This document shows positions 37,962 through 47,931 of a DNA stretch of 64,000 nucleotides, in pieces (position 1 is the first letter of the stretch; each line of letters starts with the position of its first letter). The stretch lies in the IMG/VR virus record IMGVR_UViG_3300047462_000385, positions 62,001-126,000 of that record; one strand, written 5' to 3'. Made by a program: the position numbers and the translations under genes. This DNA comes from an uncultured virus (IMG/VR IMGVR_UViG_3300047462_000385). Its lineage: Duplodnaviria; Heunggongvirae; Uroviricota; Caudoviricetes. The notes below the pieces were generated by a model. It searched no databases. It saw only the letters and a list, made by a program, of their open reading frames with translations, and was not told the DNA's origin.

Positions 37962-38947
37962 TTAGAGTAGAAATGTTGGTGGGATTGCCTGCTTCAGGAA
38001 AGTCCACGTATGCAAAGCAATTAGTTTCCAAAGATCCAAACAACTGGGTTCGCGTCAACAATGACGACCTTCGTGCTATGATGAATGGATCTGTCTGGTC
38101 AGCGGACTATGAAAAGATGATTACGGATGCTCGTAACTATTTGATCCGAGACGCTCTCAAGCGTGGTAAGAACGTTGTTATCGACAACCTAAATCTTAAT
38201 CGTCGTCACTTCGATGATGTTTGCAAGATCGCTAAGTCGGTCAACTCTGACATTCAAGTGTTCGAGAAGGCTTTTTACATTGAATTGGATGAAGCAATCG
38301 CTCGCGATTCAAAGCGTGAAGGTAAGGCTAAGGTCGGGGAAGAAGTAATTCGCAAATGGTGGAAGGACTCGGGCGGAAAGCAGTTCAAGTTCTATCACCC
38401 ACGTGTAGAAATCTTTACTGAACACAGAGGCAACAATGTTGCAGTGGAAGCTCCTGCTCATGTACTGGGCGCTCCAGAAGCGATCATCTGTGACTTGGAT
38501 GGTACGCTAGCTTTGATTCATGGTCGAAGCCCATACGATGCCTCTGACTGTGATATTAAGGATCTTCCAAATGTTCCAGTTATCGAGACCATTAAAGCTC
38601 ACCATGCAGCAGGTCGAAAGATCATTTTCTGCTCCGGGCGTGAAGATAAATATCGACCAGAGACAATTCGCTTTATTGAAAAGCACTGCACATATGAGTA
38701 TGATAAGTGGGCAAGCAATCCAGATGTATTGGGTGCAGAAATGGTCACAGCACCAATCCCATACCAACTCTTCATGCGCAAGACTGATGATTTCCGTAAG
38801 GACGCCATCATCAAGGAAGAGATTTACCAAGGTCAAATCGAAGGTAAGTATAATGTGCTTTGCGTATTAGACGATCGAAATTCTGTTGTCCAGTTCTGGC
38901 GTGAAAAGGGCTTGACTTGCTTCCAAGTGGCGCCCGGTAATTTTTGA
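37958..38947 (+). CDS. pseT: Polynucleotide 5'-kinase/3'-phosphatase (T4 PseT-like)
   Basis: GLPASGKST kinase; DLDGTL, SGR, K, DDR HAD phosphatase. Confidence 0.93.
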   Translation: MIRVEMLVGLPASGKSTYAKQLVSKDPNNWVRVNNDDLRAMMNGSVWSADYEKMITDARNYLIRDALKRGKNVVIDNLNLNRRHFDDVCKIAKSVNSDIQVFEKAFYIELDEAIARDSKREGKAKVGEEVIRKWWKDSGGKQFKFYHPRVEIFTEHRGNNVAVEAPAHVLGAPEAIICDLDGTLALIHGRSPYDASDCDIKDLPNVPVIETIKAHHAAGRKIIFCSGREDKYRPETIRFIEKHCTYEYDKWASNPDVLGAEMVTAPIPYQLFMRKTDDFRKDAIIKEEIYQGQIEGKYNVLCVLDDRNSVVQFWREKGLTCFQVAPGNF

Positions 38948-38955
38948 GGGGTATT

Positions 38956-39423
38956 ATGTCTAAAAAACTTAAATGTGGTCAGACCTATGATAAACACAAA
39001 TCTCTATTAAAAGACGAGAGTAAAGGAATTTATATTTATACTCGACTTCATGGAACTAGACACTCTCACTCGATCAATGTGGAAGTGCCATACAACGAAG
39101 TCTTCATTAAGGAGATAAAACTCCTTGATGGGTCTTGGATGAAAAAAGATAAAGTATGGCGTACACCCAATGATTTTGATACAAAAGAAAAGGTTTGTGG
39201 ACTAGTAGATAGATTGTTTGGAACTTCTTTAAAAGACAAATTGTTAGCTCATAAAAAAGCTACCGATGCTGGTATCTCACGTGCCAATGAAAAAGACGCA
39301 GAAGAATTTAAAAATTTCTTTGCCAAATTTCATACAAAAGTGAAAATAGAATCAAATAATGGTTCTGAAAGCGCCTCACAATTATCGGTGACTAATGAAA
39401 AGACTGATAATACTAAAAGTTGA
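38956..39423 (+). CDS. Hypothetical protein
   Basis: ATG after GAGGGG; PYNE.FI.EIK...G.W....K.W. Confidence 0.6.
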   Translation: MSKKLKCGQTYDKHKSLLKDESKGIYIYTRLHGTRHSHSINVEVPYNEVFIKEIKLLDGSWMKKDKVWRTPNDFDTKEKVCGLVDRLFGTSLKDKLLAHKKATDAGISRANEKDAEEFKNFFAKFHTKVKIESNNGSESASQLSVTNEKTDNTKS

Positions 39424-39664
39424 ATGGCTGAAGAAATCAGAGGGACAAGCTAGGCATCAAGAAGTATTTGATGACGCTATTAAGCAATTCAAAGAACAGC
39501 TAAACTCCTTCTTTGAAACCAAGACTGTCAAGATTCTAAAAGAATATCCAGAGAGCAAAGAAGTTCTTATTGAGTTCCCAGAAATAGTCTGGGAGAAACT
39601 CAATAAGGGACTGATTGATGCCGAAGTGGTGTCTATCATTGATTCTCATGTGGAGGGCGTCTAA
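39395..39664 (+). CDS. Hypothetical protein
   Basis: 89 aa ORF in operon. Confidence 0.6.
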   Translation: MKRLIILKVEWLKKSEGQARHQEVFDDAIKQFKEQLNSFFETKTVKILKEYPESKEVLIEFPEIVWEKLNKGLIDAEVVSIIDSHVEGV

Positions 39665-39681
39665 ATTATAAAATTAACGGC

Positions 39682-39709
39682 TTGACACCCAATTTCCAAT
39701 GATTATGCT
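39682..39709 (+). promoter_or_regulatory. sigma70-type promoter
   Basis: TTGACA-16nt-TATGCT; shares CTTGACACCCAATTT with the 36894 promoter. Confidence 0.7.
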
Positions 39710-39720
39710 ACAGGTGTACC

Positions 39721-40476
39721 ATGAAACTGCCCAGAACTCTACACATTGAAGGATCCCGTCTCGCCGAGGGACAGACCGATCCCGACGCAATACAATTTAG
39801 TAAATTGTGTGGGGAGTTCCTGGTTATCGAGGAGAAGGTAGATGGCAGCGGTGTCTCCATCAGCCTAGACACCCACTGGGACCTCCAGATTGACCATCGT
39901 GGCAGCCCCGCCACCGGCAAGGAGTACCGATTACTCCACGAATGGGCAGAAAACCATTGGGAAGACCTATTAGACCTATTGGGCGAGCGTTATGTGCTAT
40001 TTGGTGAATGGATGTACCATAAACATACCATTTTCTATGATAAGCTTCCGGCATACTTCCTAGAGTCAGACGTCTATGATAAAGATAAGGGAATTTGGTT
40101 ATCTACCAGCGCTCGTAATAGCTTGCTGTCCAAACACAAGTATATTCAACGAGTTCCAGTAATATCTGCCTTTAAGCCATCCGCTATGTGGCAAATCACG
40201 GGCTTGGTTGGACGGTCTAAGTATCAGTCAGCATTTTGGCAAAACAAGTTGCAAGATAAGTGTAATATGTATGGGTTTCCTTTCATCAAGGTATTATCGG
40301 AGACTGATGAGTCTGGAATGATGGAAGGTTTATACATTAAACATGAAGATGATTTTCAAGTACTTAATAGATACAAATATGTTAGGTATGATTTTCTTCA
40401 GAAGATTTTGAATTCAGGTAGTCATTTAATAGATAGGGTTCCTGTCTATAACAATTTGGAGGAAGCGAAATATTAA
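39721..40476 (+). CDS. ATP-dependent RNA ligase family protein
   Basis: PRTLH, EEKVDG, FGEW, EGLYIK, KYV. Confidence 0.85.
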   Translation: MKLPRTLHIEGSRLAEGQTDPDAIQFSKLCGEFLVIEEKVDGSGVSISLDTHWDLQIDHRGSPATGKEYRLLHEWAENHWEDLLDLLGERYVLFGEWMYHKHTIFYDKLPAYFLESDVYDKDKGIWLSTSARNSLLSKHKYIQRVPVISAFKPSAMWQITGLVGRSKYQSAFWQNKLQDKCNMYGFPFIKVLSETDESGMMEGLYIKHEDDFQVLNRYKYVRYDFLQKILNSGSHLIDRVPVYNNLEEAKY

Positions 40477-40477
40477 C

Positions 40478-40717
40478 ATGATGGTATTTGGCGTTTGCTT
40501 ATTAATCGCGATATATCTTCTATGGGTGCTTTTGATTAAGGGAGCGCTTTGGAAGTTAACATTAGGTGTCTTTGGTTGGTTGGGGATGTACTGGTTTCTC
40601 AGTTCTGTTCCCATGTTGCATCATTGCCCTTTAACATTTTCAGGACAATCATTTAGTTGGGCGTCTATTATTCCAACGGTTGTAGTGCTGTTGGCATTGG
40701 CTCACACAAGGGAATAA
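40478..40717 (+). CDS. Small membrane protein
   Basis: Three hydrophobic segments. Confidence 0.6.
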   Translation: MMVFGVCLLIAIYLLWVLLIKGALWKLTLGVFGWLGMYWFLSSVPMLHHCPLTFSGQSFSWASIIPTVVVLLALAHTRE

Positions 40718-40718
40718 C

Positions 40719-41159
40719 ATGAATAAGTATTTTACGGATAATGGTTTTTTGTCAGAAGAAGGTAAAAAACTTGTTGAAGATTTTAATTTTGGTTTAGCTG
40801 TCACTTTTATGCAGGAGGCTGTAAAAAGTATGTCAGAGAACGAGCTTCGTACACTTGGCGCTAATCTAGGTAAGATAATTGGAGATCTCATTTCTGATAC
40901 ACTTTTGGCTAGAGTTCTTTTGAAGAACGAACTAGACGCTATGACAGATGAGCACTTCACTGCTTACATGAAAGCCAAATACGGTAAGAATTGGATGCTC
41001 ATAAGCATTACTGATGAAGAGTTCGGTAGAGTTAAGAAAATGGATTCGATGTCTGATGCGGCAATCGACCAAGCTTTGAAAGAAGGAGCCGAAGCTCGTG
41101 AACAATATCTGAAGAATACTCCTTCATTTCATATTGACCCAGGTTTAAGATTTAAGTAA
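40719..41159 (+). CDS. Hypothetical protein
   Basis: 146 aa ORF in operon. Confidence 0.65.
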   Translation: MNKYFTDNGFLSEEGKKLVEDFNFGLAVTFMQEAVKSMSENELRTLGANLGKIIGDLISDTLLARVLLKNELDAMTDEHFTAYMKAKYGKNWMLISITDEEFGRVKKMDSMSDAAIDQALKEGAEAREQYLKNTPSFHIDPGLRFK

Positions 41160-41169
41160 TAGGTGTGTT

Positions 41170-42399
41170 ATGTTGTTGGTGCAAAAGTTTTTAGAAAACA
41201 AGACGTTTGGTGATTTAGTAAAAGAGCACGGCGTTTATGCGTCCTTTTCCAAGTCTGGACACAAGTTTTCTTTGAACTATGATCAGATTGAAGCTAAGGA
41301 ATCTGATCCATTAGCACAAGAATGCCGTGGATTAGTCTTATCTTGTGAAGATGGACGCCCAGTTTTTGGCGAAATGAAAGATGGAAAAATCATCAGAGAT
41401 AACATGATCCCAGGCAAGACCACTGTTCTTGCTTATCCAATGAAGCGCTTCTTCAATCATGGTCAAGGTTCCGCAGCTAATATCGATTGGTCTGATCCAA
41501 AGTTGGCTGTTTTGGAAAAGTTAGATGGAACCTTATGCATCGTCTATTGGGATCCATTCAAGGACCCTACGGGTGTGAATGGGTGGTGCGTAGCTACTCG
41601 TTCAGTGCCAGAAGCTGACTTGATAATGGATAACGGACTGTTCACTTTCCGAACTTTGTTCGAGAAGGCATTAGAAGAGACTTGCAAGTTTACCTTCAAC
41701 GATCTTTCTTCTTATTTGGACAAGTCATATACTTATTGCTTTGAGTTAACTACCCTATACAATCGTATCGTGGTCGCTTACCCAAACAACAGAATAACTT
41801 TGTTGGCTGCTCGCAATATGAAGACTATGCAAGAAGAAAATCCGGCAGGTCTTGGACTGGTGTCCGTTATTGGAGTTCCAGTTGTTCAGGCACATACGTA
41901 CACGTCTGTGAACGAACTTGTTGATTGGGTTTCTTCATTGAATCCAATGGAGCACGAAGGTGTAGTGGTTCGAGACTCGAAGTTCAACCGAATTAAGGTC
42001 AAGAACGCAGCCTACGTTGCAGCGTCCAAAAATAGGGAGTCTTTAGCTACTTCTCCCCGAAATTGTTTGGAGCTTATCTTGTTGGGTAAAGATGATGATG
42101 CAGCATCTTTTTTGCCACAAGAAATACAAGCAAATCTTGTTTCTTTGAAAGAGAAATTTGTGATATGGCTGAAAACCCAAGAAGATTTAGTCCAAGTGAT
42201 CTCAAATGAAGCAAAATCCATTGCGCCCGACAAGAAGACGTTTGCTTTGACGGTGCAAAAATATCAGCCAGCTTTACCATCGGCACTGTTTGCTATTTAT
42301 GATGATAAAGCAGGTTCGATAAAAAACTTCATTGAGAAAAATCGTAAAGACGGAACGTGGTCAAATAGTTTTCTTGATAAGATTTTATCAGTTATTTGA
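41170..42399 (+). CDS. RNA ligase 1 (T4 RnlA-like)
   Basis: ECRGL, RFFN, EKLDG, FEL, EGVVV, KVK. Confidence 0.9.
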   Translation: MLLVQKFLENKTFGDLVKEHGVYASFSKSGHKFSLNYDQIEAKESDPLAQECRGLVLSCEDGRPVFGEMKDGKIIRDNMIPGKTTVLAYPMKRFFNHGQGSAANIDWSDPKLAVLEKLDGTLCIVYWDPFKDPTGVNGWCVATRSVPEADLIMDNGLFTFRTLFEKALEETCKFTFNDLSSYLDKSYTYCFELTTLYNRIVVAYPNNRITLLAARNMKTMQEENPAGLGLVSVIGVPVVQAHTYTSVNELVDWVSSLNPMEHEGVVVRDSKFNRIKVKNAAYVAASKNRESLATSPRNCLELILLGKDDDAASFLPQEIQANLVSLKEKFVIWLKTQEDLVQVISNEAKSIAPDKKTFALTVQKYQPALPSALFAIYDDKAGSIKNFIEKNRKDGTWSNSFLDKILSVI

Positions 42400-43180
42400 C
42401 GTGTTTCCATCTGCGACCAGAGAGTATTTGAGAGAGATTTTTGTAAGTGATATTGAATTGTAGTGCCAATTTTTTCTTGGTTTCTACCGATTTATTACTC
42501 ATAGCAAATAGCTCTCTCATTTCTCTTACTTGATCCTCTGTAAACTGCGCCCTTGAATTTTTAGAACCAATGCTAGTGGTATGTCCTTTCTTACTTTTAC
42601 TTATATTTTCTTTACTAATTTGTTGCCTAATTATGGGTTTGGTTCGTTCGACCATTGGGACGTGCTTCCAGCTTCTACCTTGTAAAACCTGGTAGATACA
42701 GGCTTGAGATACTCGATACTGTTCAGCAGTCCTAATAACAAATAGTGGATCATCAGTTATAGAATAGTTTTGTCTGATTGATAAGACTATCTCTTCGTTA
42801 AGAGAGGCAAATTTGTTGAGGCTTCCTTTGCGTTCCTCACTATAACGCTTTTTAGTTTCTGGGCTATGTTTTCTTCCTTTACTGCCGCTTTCACCGCCTC
42901 GACTATCGTTATAACCAAAATCGTGATCCCAAGAGCGAAAATATTCAATCCAAAAAACTTCTGCCTCGAAAGCATCTAAAGAATTATCAAATTCTTCTAA
43001 AATTGTGAAAATAAAATTGTCGGAACCACACTTCTTCATAGCGTTGTAAAGATGTTTGTTTAGCATCGGTCTATATCCAAATTTGAAGTGCTCTCTACGC
43101 CTTCTCTTTGAATTGGACGTATAACCAACATACAATTTATTATCGAGTTTATTTTGCAGAACATAGATAAAATAGGGCAT
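42392..43180 (-). CDS. GIY-YIG homing endonuclease with NUMOD3-like/HTH repeats
   Basis: YFIY...LYVGYT...R...H...E...GYN; GRKHSPETK; two GRxWKHV repeats. Confidence 0.9.
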   Translation of the reverse strand: MPYFIYVLQNKLDNKLYVGYTSNSKRRRREHFKFGYRPMLNKHLYNAMKKCGSDNFIFTILEEFDNSLDAFEAEVFWIEYFRSWDHDFGYNDSRGGESGSKGRKHSPETKKRYSEERKGSLNKFASLNEEIVLSIRQNYSITDDPLFVIRTAEQYRVSQACIYQVLQGRSWKHVPMVERTKPIIRQQISKENISKSKKGHTTSIGSKNSRAQFTEDQVREMRELFAMSNKSVETKKKLALQFNITYKNLSQILSGRRWKHVK

Positions 43181-43249
43181 AATTTCATATCAGATTATGC
43201 CTACAATAAAGTACGAGACTAAAATGAACTGAGCATTTTGATTTAAACC

Positions 43250-43801
43250 ATGCGTACAATTATTTTCATATCAGGATTTATGGTTCCCAAATGGCTTGCC
43301 AAAAGCAGGTTTGTGTGGAACGATTCTCTGTGGAAATATTATCGTCGTATTTATCTTCCTAGCAAAACTCCATTGTCTGACTCTATGGTTGATAGGGAGT
43401 TAGATAAGCTTTGTCATTTAGTTAATTTGTTTCCAGATGCTATTCTGGCGGGGCACTCGCTTGGTGCCTGGTGGGCAGCTAATCTAGCTTGCAGCCCCAA
43501 TGCAAATATTAGTAAGCTAGTCTTTTGGACACCACTAGGTGACACTACCGACTATCCTATTTTCAACGCGACAAAGCGACATTATCCTCCACGTAAAACG
43601 CCCAATCCTAACCTTATTGGTCCCCACAAAGCCCTAACTTTTGAGGGCAAGTATGATTTTATCGTTCCACCTAAAGACCACTCACACTGTTTAAACCAAC
43701 ATTTTAAAGGAATGTCTTATCATTTGAAAGGCGGACATTTTTATCAATCTAATCATAAAGCTGGCTTACTCTTTATGAAAGACTGGATTGGATTAGAATA
43801 A
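43250..43801 (+). CDS. Alpha/beta hydrolase
   Basis: GHSLG elbow, D (YDFIV), H (GGH). Confidence 0.8.
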   Translation: MRTIIFISGFMVPKWLAKSRFVWNDSLWKYYRRIYLPSKTPLSDSMVDRELDKLCHLVNLFPDAILAGHSLGAWWAANLACSPNANISKLVFWTPLGDTTDYPIFNATKRHYPPRKTPNPNLIGPHKALTFEGKYDFIVPPKDHSHCLNQHFKGMSYHLKGGHFYQSNHKAGLLFMKDWIGLE

Positions 43802-43824
43802 TAGCCCCTGATATATAAATAGGT

Positions 43825-44538
43825 ATGAGTAAATACTTATTTGAAAGGGACTATAGTGCTGATTCTTTAAGATGGGCGCAGAAATGTGAAAAGATTACTG
43901 CCCATAACAATTTAGATGAAGTATTGGACAAGGTTCAAGAAGAAATCATAAGAAACAATGATTCAGCCCTGGCTTATTTTTTTGCATTTGAATATGGCTT
44001 CAAACCTCATCGAATGCAGAAAGTAATCTTAGATAATAAGAATGCCAAGTATGCTCTATTGTTTGCCCAAAACATTCGCAATTGTGATGTCAAAGCATTG
44101 CGGCATGTTGTAGTTGAGTCTAAAAAGACAAAGTATATTTGTAGATTTGCTTGTTTTGTGAAGAATGCGGATCGTAAACCACTCGAATCTATCATTCTTA
44201 AATCTAAGAATGTCAAATATGCTCACATGTTTCTAAAGCATGTTAGGGGATCTAGCGTCAACAAATTTAAAGATATTATAATCTCGTCCAAGAAACCAAG
44301 ATATTTATTTGAACTCGCCAAGCATTTGACTAATCCAAAAGATATTGAACAGATAGAAAATCTTATTATTGAATCAGGTTCATTCACTTACATGAAGTTA
44401 TTTGCTGAAAAGATCAAGCTAGCTAATGTAGAAAAAATAGAGCAAGTAGTTTTGGATTCTGATAATATAAATGAGATCAAAAAATTTGCAAAATATGTTA
44501 GGCGTTCTAAGATGAAGAAGTTCTTTTTAGTTCTTTAA
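43825..44538 (+). CDS. Helical-repeat hypothetical protein
   Basis: About 30-aa repeats Y...FA...........I..S; ends KMKKFFLVL. Confidence 0.75.
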   Translation: MSKYLFERDYSADSLRWAQKCEKITAHNNLDEVLDKVQEEIIRNNDSALAYFFAFEYGFKPHRMQKVILDNKNAKYALLFAQNIRNCDVKALRHVVVESKKTKYICRFACFVKNADRKPLESIILKSKNVKYAHMFLKHVRGSSVNKFKDIIISSKKPRYLFELAKHLTNPKDIEQIENLIIESGSFTYMKLFAEKIKLANVEKIEQVVLDSDNINEIKKFAKYVRRSKMKKFFLVL

Positions 44539-45126
44539 CTTGTTAGCGTCGCAATGATATAATGAGCAAAACTGTTCCAAATCTAACGAAGTAATGTGGT
44601 CGGCACTCACCAGTACATTTGGATACATAACTGAATTCATACCAGCTATTCCGTGGGTGTGCTGTAGACCGAGTGCATGCCCCAGTTCATGTATAATTAC
44701 CGTTTGAAATTCATCGTCGTCATCCTTTAATCTGTCAGACACTAATGCGATGTATGGGATAACTCCGTGTTTGTTGCAATACCCAACTGTAGAATTCTCA
44801 TTGGCGCCGTCTAAAACGATAATTTCTGGAAAGTCAGAGGTTTCTTTAAGCACTACAATGCCATTTATTAAATCCATCTTTTCAGATGTAGGCAAAGTAA
44901 CAACATTAATTTCAGCAATATGATGAGTTGCTTGAGTCCATGCGATTGCTGCATTAGTAATCATAGCCACTTCATCTTGATTAAAATTTCTTTCTATGTA
45001 TAAAGTCTTATGAACCACATTAGGATAGGTTGGATCGTAAATTTCTACTACGAAATTAAAAAGTATACCTAGACTTAAAATACTTACAATATGGGTGAAA
45101 ATTAGAAGAAGATTTTGAATTTTCAT
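44527..45126 (-). CDS. Matrixin (M10)-like zinc metalloprotease with N-terminal membrane anchor
   Basis: HELGHALGLQH plus Met-turn SVMYP. Confidence 0.88.
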   Translation of the reverse strand: MKIQNLLLIFTHIVSILSLGILFNFVVEIYDPTYPNVVHKTLYIERNFNQDEVAMITNAAIAWTQATHHIAEINVVTLPTSEKMDLINGIVVLKETSDFPEIIVLDGANENSTVGYCNKHGVIPYIALVSDRLKDDDDEFQTVIIHELGHALGLQHTHGIAGMNSVMYPNVLVSADHITSLDLEQFCSLYHCDANKLKN

Positions 45127-45174
45127 GCTATCCTGTATACTATATCCGCTATTATTGGCAGTAAGGAATGAATC

Positions 45175-45849
45175 ATGGATTCTCCAAAATATAATCGAAC
45201 GCCGCATTTTCCGTGGTCACCTGGGTGTACCAACGATGACAAAATAGCTGCGTCTGTAGACAGCCTTCTCAATGTACAAATTGTAATTACCGAGAAAATA
45301 GATGGCAGCAACACTTCCCTAGAATCTGGTGGCTGTTTTGCCAGAACTCACTCAGGACCTCCTAGCCACACCTCTTTTGATGGATTGAAGGCGCTTCATG
45401 CTTCTCTTAAATACAGCATTCCTGAAGGTATACAACTGTTTGGGGAATGGTGCTTTGCTTTACACTCTATTGCTTATCAAGAGCTTCCTGGCTATTTCCT
45501 TTTGTTTAATGTGCGTGATTTGGAACCATATGATGAGGAAAAGCCTCTATGGCAAAGCTGGGAAGAAGTTGAGCTTTGGGCAGAGGAGCTTGGTGTTCCT
45601 ACCGTCCCAGTCTTATTCAAAGGAATAGTCCATTCGGAAAAGGAATTGAAAGAATTAGTCGAATCTTTTATGATTCAACCTTCCTTATGCGGTGGTATAA
45701 GGGAGGGCGTAGTGGTCAGGGTCGCAAGTCATTTTAGTGATGAGGATTTCTCCAAATCGGTTATGAAGTGTGTTAGAGCTAATCATGTACAAACTTCAGA
45801 TCATTGGAAAGACCAGGAAATCATTAAGAATAAACTCAAGCCATCTTGA
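45175..45849 (+). CDS. ATP-dependent RNA ligase family protein (second)
   Basis: KY.RTPH.PWSPG, TEKIDG, FGEW, EGVVVR, K.VR..H. Confidence 0.88.
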   Translation: MDSPKYNRTPHFPWSPGCTNDDKIAASVDSLLNVQIVITEKIDGSNTSLESGGCFARTHSGPPSHTSFDGLKALHASLKYSIPEGIQLFGEWCFALHSIAYQELPGYFLLFNVRDLEPYDEEKPLWQSWEEVELWAEELGVPTVPVLFKGIVHSEKELKELVESFMIQPSLCGGIREGVVVRVASHFSDEDFSKSVMKCVRANHVQTSDHWKDQEIIKNKLKPS

Positions 45850-45874
45850 CTACCGGACGCCTCGTGCTTATTAT
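45846..45874 (+). promoter_or_regulatory. sigma70-type promoter
   Basis: TTGACT-17nt-TATTAT. Confidence 0.55.
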
Positions 45875-45918
45875 GTGAATATTGAGATATTGAGGCGAGG
45901 GGGAACAAGGATAATAAA

Positions 45919-46173
45919 ATGGGAATGCGTAGATTTCATTTTGAAAGACTGGAAGATGCGTCTGGAGTAAGTGGTTGTGGAGTTGTTGCTGAGGGTTGTG
46001 TATTCTCCGATGGCAAAGTTGCCTTGGAATGGTTTGGAGCGCATTCAAGCACCAACCTATACAACAGTCTCGCAGACGTTCAATTTATTCATGGACATGA
46101 GGGTAGAACCAAAATTGTGTTCGATGATCCTGACCCATCAAAGAAAGAAGAATTAAAGAGGAATGGGAATTAA
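45919..46173 (+). CDS. Hypothetical protein
   Basis: R.ED.SGVSG.G.VAEG..FSDG...W...IHGH.G. Confidence 0.75.
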   Translation: MGMRRFHFERLEDASGVSGCGVVAEGCVFSDGKVALEWFGAHSSTNLYNSLADVQFIHGHEGRTKIVFDDPDPSKKEELKRNGN

Positions 46174-46888
46174 GAGAACTATTATAGTTGGAGACATCCA
46201 CGGCTGTGTGGATGAGTTTGATGAGCTAATTAAGAAGCTTAACTATGACAAAGAGTCAGATAGGCTCATTTTGTTAGGTGACTTGATTGATCGTGGTCCT
46301 GATTCTGTTGGCATGGTTAAACGTGCTAGAGAAATGAATTTGGAATGTGTTATGGGCAACCATGAATACAACTTCATGAAGTGGTACAAAAGCTTTGGCT
46401 CTCAGAACGCAGTTTATGATCGACACCCTCACTACACACAATTCTCAGATGAGGATGTGAATTATATTGCTCGTATGTCTTCTTACATTGTATTGGAAGA
46501 ATTTAATACTATTGTGGTTCATGCTGGACTAAGAGCAGGCATCAAATTACAAGATCAAAAGAAAGATGATCTGTACTACATTAGGTACATGGATCATGAT
46601 AACAAATTTATTAGCTTGAAGAAAATTAGCAAGCTTGGAATAGAAGCAACGGGCGCGCACTTTTGGACTGAGTTCTGGGATGGTCCAGAATCAGTAGTGT
46701 ATGGGCACAACGTACATTCATATGAAGATCCGCTTATTGAAGAGGTGGTACCGGGTGTGATGTGTTATGGTTTGGATACTGGCGGCTGCTTTGGCGGCAG
46801 GCTAACAGCCTTAATCTTAGAGACTAAGGAAATTGTTCAGGTTCAAGCAAAGCGGACATACTACAAGTCAGACTTCGAAATAAAATGA
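46163..46888 (+). CDS. Metallophosphoesterase (ApaH/PrpA-like)
   Basis: GDIHG, GDLIDRGP, GNHE, VHAG, YGH, LDTG. Confidence 0.92.
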   Translation: MGIKRTIIVGDIHGCVDEFDELIKKLNYDKESDRLILLGDLIDRGPDSVGMVKRAREMNLECVMGNHEYNFMKWYKSFGSQNAVYDRHPHYTQFSDEDVNYIARMSSYIVLEEFNTIVVHAGLRAGIKLQDQKKDDLYYIRYMDHDNKFISLKKISKLGIEATGAHFWTEFWDGPESVVYGHNVHSYEDPLIEEVVPGVMCYGLDTGGCFGGRLTALILETKEIVQVQAKRTYYKSDFEIK

Positions 46889-47238
46889 AATATTCAGACG
46901 CCCAACTAATCAGTCTAGCAAAAGCAAATCCTAAAGAGTTAGTACGAATTTTAACCAGCCCCAATGCCGACATGAGATTGTTGGCTTCTGGGGCTGAAAT
47001 TTTAGGAGGCGAAGTAACTGATGAAATGTTGGTCGTCCCTGTATTTAGACAGCTTCTCAAACATGTGAACGCCATTGTTAGAGAAGGTGCTGCTATTGGA
47101 GTTTCTACTTTTTATTTGGATAGAAAGCCGCCTCAAGATATATTGGATAGATTAAAGGCATTGGCTACCAATGATCCTTCACCAACTCTAAGAGAGTATG
47201 CTAAGGGTGTGGTAGCAGATTTTGAGATAATCAAATGA
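46885..47238 (+). CDS. HEAT-repeat-like protein
   Basis: LLKH.NAIVREGAA, DPSPTLREYA. Confidence 0.6.
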   Translation: MKYSDAQLISLAKANPKELVRILTSPNADMRLLASGAEILGGEVTDEMLVVPVFRQLLKHVNAIVREGAAIGVSTFYLDRKPPQDILDRLKALATNDPSPTLREYAKGVVADFEIIK

Positions 47239-47750
47239 AAGAAATTAAGAAAGATCTTTTCGAGTGTATCGCTGATGATGGTGTAGATGCTATTTGTGTC
47301 ACTACCAATGGAAACTATACTGTTGGCGGATTAGCTTGCATGGGTGGTGGATGTGCTGGTGTAGCTGCAAGACGTTGGCCAGAAGTTCCTAAAAGATTAG
47401 GAAAGCTACTTAAGCAGTATCATAATAACATTCCTTTTGTTATTGGCGCTGTTGATGCTCAAGGAAATCATTTAGATATGACACCAAAGATGATTAAGGA
47501 TCATAAATATAAGTGTTTAATCTTTAGCTTCCCAACTATTAATAATTTGGGAAAGGAATCCAATATTCAATTAATTAAACAATCTGCAACGATTATGGCG
47601 GACTACGCCGAACAATTTGATCTTAAGCAAATAATCCTGCCGAGACCTGGCGTAGGGATCGGGGGATTGACTTGGGCGGAAGTGAAGCCAGTTATTGCTC
47701 CAATCTTGGGCGATAGATTTACCATTGTTTCGTTTGATCATGAGGAATGA
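47235..47750 (+). CDS. Macrodomain protein (DarG/TARG1-like)
   Basis: DAICVTTN...MGGG.A...FPT...LPRPGVGIGGLTW. Confidence 0.82.
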   Translation: MKEIKKDLFECIADDGVDAICVTTNGNYTVGGLACMGGGCAGVAARRWPEVPKRLGKLLKQYHNNIPFVIGAVDAQGNHLDMTPKMIKDHKYKCLIFSFPTINNLGKESNIQLIKQSATIMADYAEQFDLKQIILPRPGVGIGGLTWAEVKPVIAPILGDRFTIVSFDHEE

Positions 47751-47931
47751 TATGAATAAAAGAAAAGCAATATGGTTTATTAGCGAAGCAGCATTATTTG
47801 CTATGTGGGTAGTATTTGGTTGGGGCTTATCTGGAAGCTGGATAATCGGAATTGTGGCAGCAGTAGTTCTAACTGCAGTTCAGTATGCTACTGATAAAGC
47901 CTTTAATGTTGTTCATTATTAAGAGCGAATT

